A DNA stretch of 64,000 bases from positions 50,666,464 to 50,730,463 of the forward strand of contig NC_043011.1 in assembly GCF_006345805.1 (NCBI RefSeq), in the 5' to 3' direction. The position numbers and the translations under genes are program-made. This document shows positions 22,148-33,350 of the stretch, piece after piece. This stretch comes from Octopus sinensis (Eukaryota). Within the stretch, counting starts at the first letter, position 1; each line of letters opens with the position of its first letter. The notes under the pieces are model-generated. The model saw nothing but the letters and a program-made list of their open reading frames with translations, was not told the DNA's origin and did no database searches.

Positions 22148-22987
22148 CAAAATGAGAAAATGGAGAAATATATCTAAATCATTCATCAACTATCAGATAA
22201 TACCGAATCATATACTTTATTAAAACACTACACAAGAGCATTAAGATTAGACATTAATACAGTACAATAATTACAATCAATATAATGAGATATAACTAAA
22301 TAAATATAACAAGATATAAAAATACATATACATTATAACTGACAGCTGTTTCGGCCATGCAGATAAGTATGTCTCATTTAACCTATTAGCCATATATTGC
22401 AGGTATAAATGAGACATTAACAAAAATATCTTACGGCCTCTTCAGAGATTCTAATGTAAGTATGAGTACATATCCAAAAATCTTTTACATATAAATATAA
22501 ATATGAGTGCATATATACTCATATCCTTATATATATACACATATACATATACATAATAATATAAAATAATATAAATAATATAAATCAATATATATCAATA
22601 AACATAATAATGTTCTATATTGAATGTTGCAGTTCCTCAACTAATATTAAGAAATTACAACAGATATATTCATACCTAATGCAGACATATATAGTAAACA
22701 GTTCATTATATTAATTTGTGTTACTTTACAAAAAGTTAATAATGTTAATATTCTTACTACTAACAACATCATTACTAATAAAACAATATATATATCACAC
22801 AACAACATTGTAGCAACACTGAAGACCAATAAATACCACCATAGTATTATTCAAGGCAAATAGATATCTGCATATATATGCAATCAGTCAAATTCTTCTG
22901 TTTGCATGGTATTAATTTCCACAGATGCATTCGATTGGCCTATACTTTTAAATTTGAATTACAATAGATATTTTACGGTTAGTTAGC
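22148..22987 (-). mobile_element. AT-rich non-coding insertion carrying a hammerhead motif (Penelope-like or retrozyme-like)
   Basis: Nested in SINE A; no ORF; contains the hammerhead at 22335-22452. Confidence 0.6.
22335..22452 (-). ncRNA. Type I hammerhead ribozyme motif with palindromic stem III and extended stem II
   Basis: Minus strand: AATCT-CUGAAGA-GGCC-(78 nt including a perfect 12-bp hairpin ATGTCTCATTTA/TAAATGAGACAT)-GGCC-GAAA-CAGCUG-UC^AG; predicted cleavage after 22341. Confidence 0.65.
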
Positions 22988-23337
22988 TACGACAGGCTTC
23001 TTTCAGTTTCCTTCTACCAAATCCATTCACAAGGCTTTGGTTGGCCTGAGGTATAGTAGAAGATACTTGCCCAAGTTGCCATGCAGTGGGACTGAACCTG
23101 AACCATGTGGTTCATAAGCAACCTACTTGCCACACAGCCACTCATATATATATATAAACTTGCTTATGTGTATTCGTGTGTGTGTGTGTGTGTACGGGTG
23201 CATGTATATATATATATTGGCCTGCTCGCTTAGCCAGCGGGGTGGCGTCATTCGAAGGCTAAAACAATGCGAACGCATTGTGACCAGCAATGTGTAGCAA
23301 CATCTGATGGTCTGGTCGGTCACGTGATATATATATA

Positions 23338-24245
23338 ATAATAATAATAAAAATAATGAAATTATTGTTTAGTGCTCAGGTGCACTACAACTTATCAAAA
23401 ATGCATGTATAGTACATAGAATTATGTACTAATGTGAGGAAAGTGAACAGTGTGTGATCATGATATACGTGTGTTCATGCATGTGGAGGATGGGATATCA
23501 GGTGTAGTGTTGGCAAATTTCAGGAAGCATGGTGGTTTCAAAGGATGCAATGTCTTGGCAGCTAACAACTGATGCAGGTAGTTTGTTCCATGCTTCAGCA
23601 ACTGTGTGTGTGTGAAAAAATGTTTCTGAAAGTCATGGAAGCTGTGCTGTTTACTGACTTTGTAGGTATGCCCACGTGTGTTAGACACATAGAATTTTTT
23701 AAAAAGTGCTCAAGGTTGTTGTTGGCACAATGGTTAATAATTTTGTGGGTATTTACCAACTCAGTTGCCAGACATCAGAGTTTCAATGTATCCATGCCCC
23801 AGGAAGCAAGGCGTTCAGAGTATGGTAGGTGCCTGATGGAGGGTAGTTGGTTGCACGTCTATAAACAGTTTCCAGGAGGTCGATGTCCTGAGCAAGATAG
23901 GGATTCCAGATTGGTGCTGCAAATTCCAAATGTGACCACACCATATATAGCCTTAAATAGATAGCTGGAGAGTGGCTGATAAAGGCCTTTCTGAGGGATG
24001 CCAAGATACCCTTGGCCTTTTTGACAATTTTAGAGATGTGCTTTGTCCAATGCAAGTTGCTGCTGACAGTAATGCCCAGGTCACATTCACAAGAAGACCT
24101 CTTAATATTAGTGTTGTGGAGGAAGTATGAGGATGCTAGGTTTTTCCTCCCAAAATGCATGGTGGTAAACTTGTCCACAACCAGCTTGAGTTGTCAGTCC
24201 ATGATCTGTTGCTGCATTGTGTCCAAGTTCGATTGCAGGAAAGAT
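23338..24245 (-). mobile_element. CR1 family 1, ~900-bp 3' fragment
   Basis: ORFs 23783-24178 (CECDLGITVSSNLHW...LEFAAPIWNPY) and 23458-23688; (TTA)n tail. Confidence 0.85.
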
Positions 24246-24266
24246 CTAATATATATATATATATAT

Positions 24267-24564
24267 ATTAGAAAAAAACCACCTTTTATCAATTCAACAA
24301 TGAAAAAATTACATCCTATAGAATAAATTAAATATAAGATAAAAACATATACCAATGATTAAATAATGTACAAAATAATAAATATATATTTGGTATATAT
24401 TTACCAAATATATACATTTTATTTATCATTTTTCACATTACTTAATCATTGGTATATGTTTTTATCTTATATTCAATTTCTTCTATAGGATGTAATTTTT
24501 TTCTATATGGTATAATTTAATTTTTTCATTGTTGAATTGATAAAAGGTGGGTTTTTTTTCTAAT
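24267..24564. repeat. ~300-bp AT-rich foldback palindrome between (TA)n tracts
   Basis: TTAGAAAAAAACCACCTTTTATCAATTCAACAATG... mirrored by ...CATTGTTGAATTGATAAAAGGTGGGTTTTTTTTCTAA; centre ~24398. Confidence 0.9.
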
Positions 24565-24658
24565 TTGTGTATATATATATATATATATTATATTTTGAGA
24601 AATTTGATTTAGTATTTCTAAATTGAATTTTTTCCTTGTAAGTTTGGAATAATATTCC

Positions 24659-24710
<52 letters not shown>

Positions 24711-25251
24711 CTTCTTCATAATCAACATTTAATGTCCATTTTCCATGCTGGTATAGGTTAAAAGCTTTGATAGGATCCAGCAAGATGAAAGGCTGTGCCA
24801 AAATCTTGGGTTAGCTATGGCATGTTTTCTATGGCTGGATGCCCTTTCTAATGCTAATCACCTTACAGTGTGTACTGAGTGTTTGTTTGTTTGTTTTTTG
24901 TGTCACAAGGCACTAGTGTGGTTGCTAAGTAAGTTGAAAGATATTAAAAAGAACAGGAAAGGGGAAAATCCCTGTGAATGTGACAGGTGAAAGTATAGGG
25001 AGGAGGGAGTAGCTTTATACCAGGTGCAGGGATGCTGAAGTACAATATAGGGACAAGTATAAGTATAAAGGAGATACATGGCTTACCCCACATTATATAA
25101 AAATATATTAGCTGGAAAGAAGATAAAGATGGTAGTGATTGGCATCTGAGCGAACTTTTAAACAACAAGATGAGCATAAAACAGGATACAGTTAGTGAAA
25201 GGTGAACATAAGAGAGGTTTTATGTGCGTGTGTGTGTATATATATATATAT

Positions 25252-25870
25252 CATCATCATCATCATCATTTAGCGTCCGTTCTCCATGCTAGCATGGGTT
25301 GGACGGTTCAACTGGGGTCTGTGAAGCTGGAAGGCTTCATCAGCCCAGTCAGATCTGGCAGTGTTTCTATGGCTGGATGCCTTTCCTAACGCCAACCACT
25401 CCGTGAGTGTAGTGGGTGTTTTTTACGTGCCACCTGCACAGGTGCCAGACAGAGCTGGCAAACGGCCACGAACGGATGGTGCTTTTACATGTCACCGGCA
25501 CGGGGCCAGGCGAGGCTGGCAACGGACACGAACGGATGGTGCTTTTACATGCCACCAACACGGGGGCCAGACAGAGCTGGCAAACGGCCACGAAACGGAT
25601 GGTGCTTTTACATGTCACCGGCACGGGGGCCAGGCCAGGCTGGCAACGGACACGAACGGATGGTGCTTTTACATGCCAGCGACACGGGGGCCAGACAGGG
25701 CTGGCAAACGGCCACGAACGGCCACATATATATATGTGTGTGTGTGTGTTGCCAGATCTGACTGGCCTGGTGCAGCCTTCGGGCTCCCCAGACCCCAGTT
25801 GAACCGTCCAACCCATGCTAGCATGGAAAACGGACGCTAAATGATGATGATGATGATGATGATGATGATG
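25252..25870. mobile_element. Composite family R element: inverted ~100-bp ends around a ~60-bp GC-rich minisatellite
   Basis: 25252-25349 and 25750-25870 are inverted copies, each with a (CAT)/(ATG) tail; GAACGGATGGTGCTTTTACATG units at 25470, 25530, 25594 and 25654. Confidence 0.85.
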
Positions 25871-26397
25871 TATAAACACCAATCAACTTCTGGAGAGTAA
25901 TTTAATCAATTAACACCTGCATCCTGCTTTCTGGTCTTGTGCCTATGATAAAAGTTATTATTATTATACTCTGTAACACAATTTTTGTCCTTGGGTAGCA
26001 TATGTTATTTCGTATTTGCTTACTCTTAGAAAGTATGAAAAATGGCTAATATTTCCTTCAAACTTTGCGTTTATTCAAACTCCAAAGTATCCCACTCAAC
26101 ACATTACTATGATGCTCCCTCATTACTCCTGCTCATTATCAAAGATGCACATATTGTCAGCCACTAAAGGACACGCTCAAATGGTTATGGTCAAGGAACT
26201 AACAAGCAAATCTGTGGTATTTAGGAGAATATTTGTGCTATGACGATATTTCTGCTTCAGCAACTCCACACCTAATCTGTCTGAAATGTAATGGAAAATA
26301 GGTCAGTTTCAAAGCATTGATGTCCAGGTTGCCAAAGTAAAGTTTGAAGGGAATAGTAGTCTTGATTTCTAGATAAAAGCAAATAGGAAATAACACT

Positions 26398-26850
26398 TAT
26401 AATAATAATAATAAACATTTTGTACAGTTCTCAGGTGCACTACAACTTATCTAAAGTGCATATATAATCAGGTGTAGTTTCGACGGATTTCAGAAAGCAT
26501 GAGGGCCTTAAAGGATGCAGTGTCATGGCAGTCAACAACTGACGCAGGCAGTTTATTCCATGCTTCAGCAACTCTGAGCGTGAAGAAATGTTTCCAAAAG
26601 TCATGGGAGCTGTGTTGTTTTCTGACTTTGTAGGCATGTCCACGTGTGTTAGACACATGAAGATCAAAAAGGTGTTCAGTGTTGTTGTTGGTGAGGTGGT
26701 TGATAACATTGTGGGTGTTTACCAAGTCCGTTGCCAGACGCCGGAGCTTCAGTGAATCCATGCCCAGGGAAACAAGGCGCTCAGAATATGGTAGGTGTCT
26801 GATGGAGGGTATGCGTTTGGTTGCACGTCTCTGAACAGATTCCAGGAGGT
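26398..26850 (-). mobile_element. CR1 family 1 3' fragment
   Basis: ORF 26468-26899: LLESVQRRATKRIPSIRHLPYSERL...FFTLRVAEAWNKLP; ends ~65 nt before HTRA2 exon 6. Confidence 0.85.
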
Positions 26851-26914
26851 ATGAAAAAAGACGAAATAAAATTTTTATTTTGTTATACAGGGTTATCATT
26901 TAATTTTCTTTCAG

Positions 26915-27101
26915 ATAAGAAATCCTGGATTGGTAGCAGCAGCCCGACATTTGTTGCACAACCCCGTCACTATATTGGTATCACCATGCTTACTTTAAAT
27001 CCTTCAATCCTGATAACCTTGAAGGAACGCCTTATTGACTTCCCCGATGTTTCTCATGGCATCTACATACACAAAATAATCATAGACTCTCCAGCAGATC
27101 G
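26915..27101 (+). CDS. HTRA2: HTRA2 exon 6 (PDZ N-terminal half)
   Basis: TTTTCTTTCAG|AT, phase 1; RHYIGITMLTLNPS...FPDVSHGIYIHKIIIDSPADR; donor CG|GTAAAT, phase 2. Confidence 0.92.
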
Positions 27102-27239
27102 GTAAATATTTCACAAAATGTTTCAAACAATTGTTTTTCTCTTCTTTCTCTTTCCTATTTTTCCTTCTGTTTAACATCCAGTTTTCATTTCTCTCTTGTT
27201 TTCTTTCCTTTTATTACACATTGATAAAAAAAGTTACCA

Positions 27240-27657
27240 GGCGCAGGAGTGGCTGTTTGGTAAGTAGCTTGCTAACCAACCACATGGTTCCGGGGGGTTC
27301 AGTCCCACTGCGTGGCATCTTGGGCACGTGTCTTCTGCTATAGCCCCGGGCCGACCAATGCCTTGTGAGTGGATTTGGTAGACGGAAACTGAAAGAAGCC
27401 TGTCGTATATATGTATATATATATATATATGTATATGTGTGTGAGTTTGTGTGTCTGTGTTTGTCCCCCCTAGCATTGCTTGGCAACCGATGCTGGTGTG
27501 TTTACGTCCCCGTCACTTAGCAGTTCGGCAAAAGAGACCGATAGAATAAGTACTGGGCTTACAAAGAATAAGTCCCGGGGTCGATTTGCTCGACTAAAGG
27601 CGGTGCTCCAGCATGGCCGCAGTCAAATTACTGAAACAAGTAAAAAGAGTAAAGAGT
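27240..27657 (+). mobile_element. SINE family A, full length
   Basis: Collinear with 7379-7786. Confidence 0.85.
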
Positions 27658-27825
27658 CATATACTGAGGTGGGAGAGTGGTGATCTGGCAAAATCATTAT
27701 CATGTTGGACAAAATGCTTAGCATTCATTCATTCATCAGAAAAGTTGCTTTGTGTTATTTGTTCCAGCTTCTGATATTCTGTGTTCAAGTCTCACTATGG
27801 TCAACTCTGTCATCATTTTGGAGTA

Positions 27826-28288
27826 CTCTCCAATTGAGCATTCCTAATCTTGCAGGCTCCTGGGTGCTGGTGCCATGTAAAAAGCACCTGTGCTGGTGCT
27901 GTGTAAAATCATCCAGTACATTCTGTAAAGTGGTTAGTGTTAGAAAACGCATCCGGCTGTAGAAACCATGCCAAAACAGACAAGGAATCTGGGCTGCTCT
28001 TCAGCTGCCCAGCTCCTGTCAAACTGTCCAACCCATGCCAGCATGGAAAATGGCCGTTAAATGATGATGTATAAAGGCAGGCTTCTGTAATTTCCTTTTA
28101 CCAAGCCCTACTGTCCATGATTATGGTAGAAGATACTTTGCCAAGGAACTGCACACTGGGACAAAATCAAGACCACATACTGCAAAGCAAACTTGTTAAC
28201 CATAAGTAACAATAAGAAGTGGTAAACTCCTCTGTGTACTGAGAAAAATCTGGTTTTCCTTCATGGCTGGTGTATTTACATTGTATCT
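27826..28288 (+). repeat. 463-bp direct duplication, copy 2 (HTRA2 intron 6), interrupting a SINE B
   Basis: About 99% identical to 15376-15838; host SINE B halves at 27775-27825 and 28289-28355. Confidence 0.9.
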
Positions 28289-29339
28289 CAGATCAATGGT
28301 ATCAACAAAACCCTTTCTCTTAAAATTGCTGGCCTTGTGCCTAAATTAGAAACAGTTATGCTGTGCAAAAGTACAATGCTCCCTCGCGAGATTGGACAGG
28401 ACCACTACATATAAATAGTAGAGGTCTGAGTAAGTGAGGTAGTTTGTGCTACTTCCACAGTTCATGTGTTGATAGCAGTGGCAGCTCTTAGATAAAATGA
28501 GTTGGGGTGCTGCTTCAGAAAATTTTTAGCTGTTGTTTTAATATTGTGTAAAAGGAAACAAACATATAAAAAGAAAATTTATACATAAATTTGATTGGCT
28601 CATGATTTAGCCACTGCCAGGTAGTGTCTTTAATTTGTTCACTGAACACCACCACAAATTCCCCCTTGTTTTTCAAAGATCCTTACTAAATCACAAATTA
28701 AGGGGGAAATATGCCCCTATTTTTCAAATCCTAGCAGCAACACTGAAGCTGAAAGGAGGATAATAATCTAATTCTATACGCTTTATCACATTCAAGAATA
28801 TAAACACATTTTTAAGTACAACACACGTGGAGTCGAAAAGAAACACTACCTTTCACCAGCACACCAGAGTCAGTACTGCATGAATGACAGTGCTCTCTCT
28901 TCCTAGCATGAAGCTTCCTATTTCAGACATGTGCACACCAGCCAAACACCACATTGCTGGAACTGTGAAGTGCACAGTTCTATACAAGGTTTTTGTATTA
29001 TTTTCATAAACTAGGAGATGGCTACTAACACTAAGCTTAAGGATTATATAATGTACAAGTATAAAAAAAGAATTAAAGAAAAAAGGATTCATTATATTAT
29101 ATTGAATGTTATCGATAATACCAAGTGGAAATAGGGGGTGCTGCAGTTCCACAGTGCCTATACACAAGCCTCCACTTGTTGATAGTTCAGTTTGCAGTTC
29201 GAGTTAGGGTGTTGGATTGTTAGTTCTTAAAAGCTTGTCGTTATGTTATGTGTGGTTACTGTTTCAGTTATATTGTTATTACACTGTTGCAGTGTATTCT
29301 TTTATCTACAAGGATATAACAAATTATCATCAAAATATT

Positions 29340-30005
29340 AAGCTGGTAGAATCATTAGAGCATCACTATTTCCTCTGACTCATTAACATTCTGAGTTCAA
29401 ATTCCACTAAGGTCAGTTTTGCATTTCATCCTTTCAGGGTTGATAAAATAAGTACCAGCTGAGCACTGGAGCTGATGTAATCAATTTATCCCCTCCCCCA
29501 GACTTGCTAGCCTTGTACCAAAATTTGAAATCATCATTATTATTATTATTCAGGCAACAAGCTGGCAGAAGCATTAGCACGCTGGGACAAATGCTTAGTA
29601 GCATATTGTCCATCTTTATATTCTGAGTTCAAATTCTGCTGAGGTTGATTTTGCTTTTCATCCTTTTGGGGTTGATAAAATAAGTACCAGTTGAACACTA
29701 GTATTTATGTAATCGACTTAAGTCCTCCTCTTAAACTGCTGGCCCTATACCAAAATTTGAAACCATTATCATCATCATCATAAGTATAGTGGATTGGCTG
29801 AATCATTAGTGCATCAGAAAAATACCTTACTGCATTTTAGTCTTGCTCTATATGTCTTGAGTTCAAATCCTGCTGACACCAACTTTGCCTTTCATCCTAT
29901 CAGGGTCAATTGAATAAAGTTCTAGTCGAGTACAAGGGTCAATGAAACAAGCTAACCCCCTCACCCAAAACTCTTGACTTTGTGCTTAAATTTGAAGGCA
30001 TTATT
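29340..30005 (+). mobile_element. Tandem train of three decayed SINE B copies
   Basis: Heads at ~29341, ~29560 and ~29795, separated by (ATT)/(ATC) tails. Confidence 0.75.
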
Positions 30006-30435
30006 ATTGTGGAATTATGTCAAATAGTTGTCATGTGTCGGCCAGGTTGTTTTGAGGATTACCTCATTACCTTCTTTGCCAAGAAGAGCAAGCCGTTTTC
30101 CTGTTTGATGGCCATGCCAAAAGAGGCTGGAGCATGGACGAGTCATTTTCTTTTTCAAGTTCCACATTGAAAGAAGTGCTACCCTCCAGTATTTTTGCTA
30201 AAAGGTGCGTAAAATTGGCAGGACAAGGCTTCTTCATAGTTTCTGATGTTGATCAGTCCAAAGTTATACTAGTAACCACAGAGCCATACTTGCATAGATC
30301 TCCCTCTCTAAGCAAGGCATTGTAAGCCACACTATAATTTGCAAAAGAATTTATCTGCATGCAGGGTATGCATTTCTTCTCTGATGCTTTTTTTTTTCCA
30401 TTCACTATTATTTCTATTTGTTTTTCTTCCATCAG

Positions 30436-30604
30436 GGCTGGCCTTAAAGTTGGAGATGTGATTGTTGCCGTAAACAATAAAAATGTCAGTGATTCATCTG
30501 ATGTCTACAAAGCTATTGAGTCCGGTCAACTTTTGACACTGTCAATCTGCCGTCGGAGACAGACTTTAAATATTAAAATTGAACCAGAGATGATATATGA
30601 TTGA
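30436..30604 (+). CDS. HTRA2: HTRA2 exon 7 (PDZ C-terminal half, stop)
   Basis: TTTTTCTTCCATCAG|G; AGLKVGDVIVAVN...DVYKAIE...IKIEPEMIYD*. Exon sum 386+193+195+33+118+187+169 = 1281 nt = 426 aa + stop. Confidence 0.95.
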
Positions 30605-30652
30605 TTGTGAATTTCATATTAGTGGAATTTGTTTGTGATAAAAAAAAAATGA

Positions 30653-30658
30653 AATAAA
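30653..30658 (+). terminator. Candidate HTRA2 polyadenylation signal
   Basis: AATAAA 48 nt after the stop, followed by T-rich sequence. Confidence 0.55.
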
Positions 30659-31254
30659 TATAAAAGAAAAAAAAACACTTTTTTAATTTAATCAAAAACT
30701 TGTTTTTAATAATATCATACTATGTAAAACAAAAAATACAAAGAAATTTTGATTGTTTAATTTTAAAAGATTTTGGCATTTTTCCTGTGCGTAAAATGGA
30801 AATACATCATATATGATTGAGTGAACAAATGAAAGAAAGTAATATTCAATACATTTGGTTGGAGCTAATAGCAGTTTGTCTCAGCTCCACATGACTTAAA
30901 GTTTCATGGATGAGTAGGATGCATTGTTCTCATCAGATGGTAGGAAAGAGCATCTGATGAGATGGACATGTTCTATGCATTCACAAAACTTGAGCTGAGT
31001 CAGGCTGTCATTATATAATCAATCATCATTTTATGTCTACTTTTCCATACTACCATAAGTTGGATGAATTTTTTGTGTCAACAATTTTAATTGCTTCTTA
31101 TGACATGCAAAGTAAAGTGTACCTAGTTTAAAACTAGGATGCACATAATGTATGTGAGTGTGTGTTTGTATGTATATATATATAGTTTATCTTTGCAGCC
31201 ACACCAGGACAACACCTTGAAAGGTGTTGAACATATTAGCCCCTAGTACATTTT

Positions 31255-31550
31255 TACTTAAAGTCTGGTACTTATTCTGTCAGTCATTTACTGGACTGCT
31301 ATGTTATGGAAGCATAAACTAGCACAGGTTGTCAAACAGTAGAAGGAAGACGAGCACAAATACAAAGACACACACATATGTATATATACAAAGGGCTTCC
31401 ATGTAGTTTCTGTCAACCAAACACTCATAAGACATCGATTAGCCTGGGGTTGTAATAGAAAGTGTTTACCCAAGGGGCTGTGCAGTGGAACTAAACTCAA
31501 AACTATGTAAGGGTGCAAAGGGAGTTTCTTAACCATATAGCTAATCCCTG
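31255..31550 (-). mobile_element. Decayed SINE A (another half copy at ~32720-32870)
   Basis: CAGTCATTTACTGGACTGCTATG..., TTTACCCAAGG..GCAGTGGAACT. Confidence 0.6.
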
Positions 31551-33029
31551 CACAAATATAGTTTTATTACAATCATACAAACAAATCAGGTAATATAACT
31601 CAAAGTTTCACATAAGTCTGATAGACCTACAGTCATCAGATGTGCCTGTAAGGATTGTGTATGGTCATGGCCAAAATAACTATGGAGTCCCTTTCTCCAC
31701 AACTATTTTCATTGTGACCATTTTGTGTATGTATTCATAGACAGATAGGTATAAAGATATAAACTTAGTCATTAGATATGCTTGTTTGGATTGAGAATGG
31801 TCACTGCCAAAATAGCTATGGAGGTCCTTCCTCTACAGCCACTTTTGCAGTGACCATTGTAGACCATACAGGCACAAAGCTCCTAGTTATATAACCGTTT
31901 TGCTTATAAAACTATATATTGTCTCTGCTTTCCAATCTACTCCTGAAAAAGCACACACACAGCCAAATACAATCATACTTATATGTATTAACACATACAT
32001 GCACCATAATTATAGAACACAAACTTCTACAACTTTGCTGCTGTATCATGCAAATAGTTATTGTGAACTACATCCTAATTAGTTTTGCATACAGGATTAT
32101 CTATAGCGCTTTTACATAATATGTAGCTAACTTTAATAGTTGCTACCCTAAATTTATTAAATCTTTTCTAAGATATTCAGCGATGTATTCACAATTGTCA
32201 CCCATCCTTCCATATATGGCACAATACTTGATAATAAAAATATACAACTCCATAAAGAAATCTTGCATGTGTGTAAAGAGTATAGAAAGTTAGTTATCGT
32301 TTTAGTAGCCTCTTGATCCAAAGTTGAATCCAATCAGCCTTTTTTTTATGTAAATATATTTAGTCACTTATTACATGAATTTTGTATACAAAATAACAAC
32401 AATGTTGATATTCTGATTAAGATATTGGTCTTGTATTATATTTAAACTGGCTCCGTCGACTTATGTAGATTATCTCCCTTGTAATCAGTTAGCCAACGTG
32501 GCCTTACAAGCTGTATAATGTTTTTCCTTTTATTTGTTTCCGTCACTGGACTACGACCGTGCTGTGACACTGAATAATTTCGCACATAAGTTTTATGAAA
32601 AAATTTTTAAATTATACATTAGTATGAATAGAAGCAAGGTTTATATCTTTGCTTGTATGACAATGAAGCTTGTTTACATGTAACATGCAATATCAAAACG
32701 AGAAATCACACACACACATACACAGTTTCAGTTTCCATAAATCAAATTCACTCATAAAGCTTTGGTTAATCCAGGTGTGTAGAAGAAGACACTTGCCCAA
32801 GTTGCCATGCGGTGGGACTGAACTTAAAACCATGTGTTTGTGAAGCAAGCATCTTATCCACAGAACCATACATGTATCTTATATATGTTATCAATAACAA
32901 TTAACTGATAATAATTGTTGCATATCAATTAATTTCATATAAGGTAACATGACATTTTTTAACATGTCCAACTAATCAATAATAAGTATTAGTATTTATT
33001 GAATTATTTTCCATCACCTCATTCAATAT

Positions 33030-33350
33030 AATAATAATAATAATGAAATTATTGTATACAGTGCTCAGGTGCACCACAACTTGTCAGAAAGTGCATATAA
33101 AGTACATGCAGTAGTGTAGAAATGTCTGGAAAGTGAACAGTGTATGAGTCAAATACATGCTTGTGTGTGTATGGAGGGGAGAAAATCAAGTGTAGTGTTG
33201 GCGAATCTCAGAAAGCATGGAAGTTTTGAAGGATGCAGTGCTCCGACAACTAACAACCGATGCCGGCAGTTTGTTCCATGCTTCAGCAACTCTCAGCGTG
33301 AAAAAATGTTTCCTGAAGTCATGGGAGCTGTGCTGTTTTCTTACTTTGTA
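33030..33350 (-). mobile_element. CR1 family 1 3' end
   Basis: Nearly identical to 10566-10890. Confidence 0.85.

Larger units (their letters stand above)
21921..23143 (-). mobile_element. SINE family A split by an ~840-bp insertion at its internal (TA)n
   Basis: 5' half at 22988-23143 and 3' half at 21921-22147, collinear on the minus strand. Confidence 0.8.

Noticed and set aside
25405-25722. CRISPR-like regularly spaced repeats
   Set aside because: The intervening sequences are themselves repeated variants; no unique spacers, no cas genes, eukaryotic context
30950-31005. CTGATGA...CTGA, a possible C/D snoRNA or hammerhead
   Set aside because: Too short for a C/D snoRNA, outside the HTRA2 introns, and no GAAA or stem II pairing
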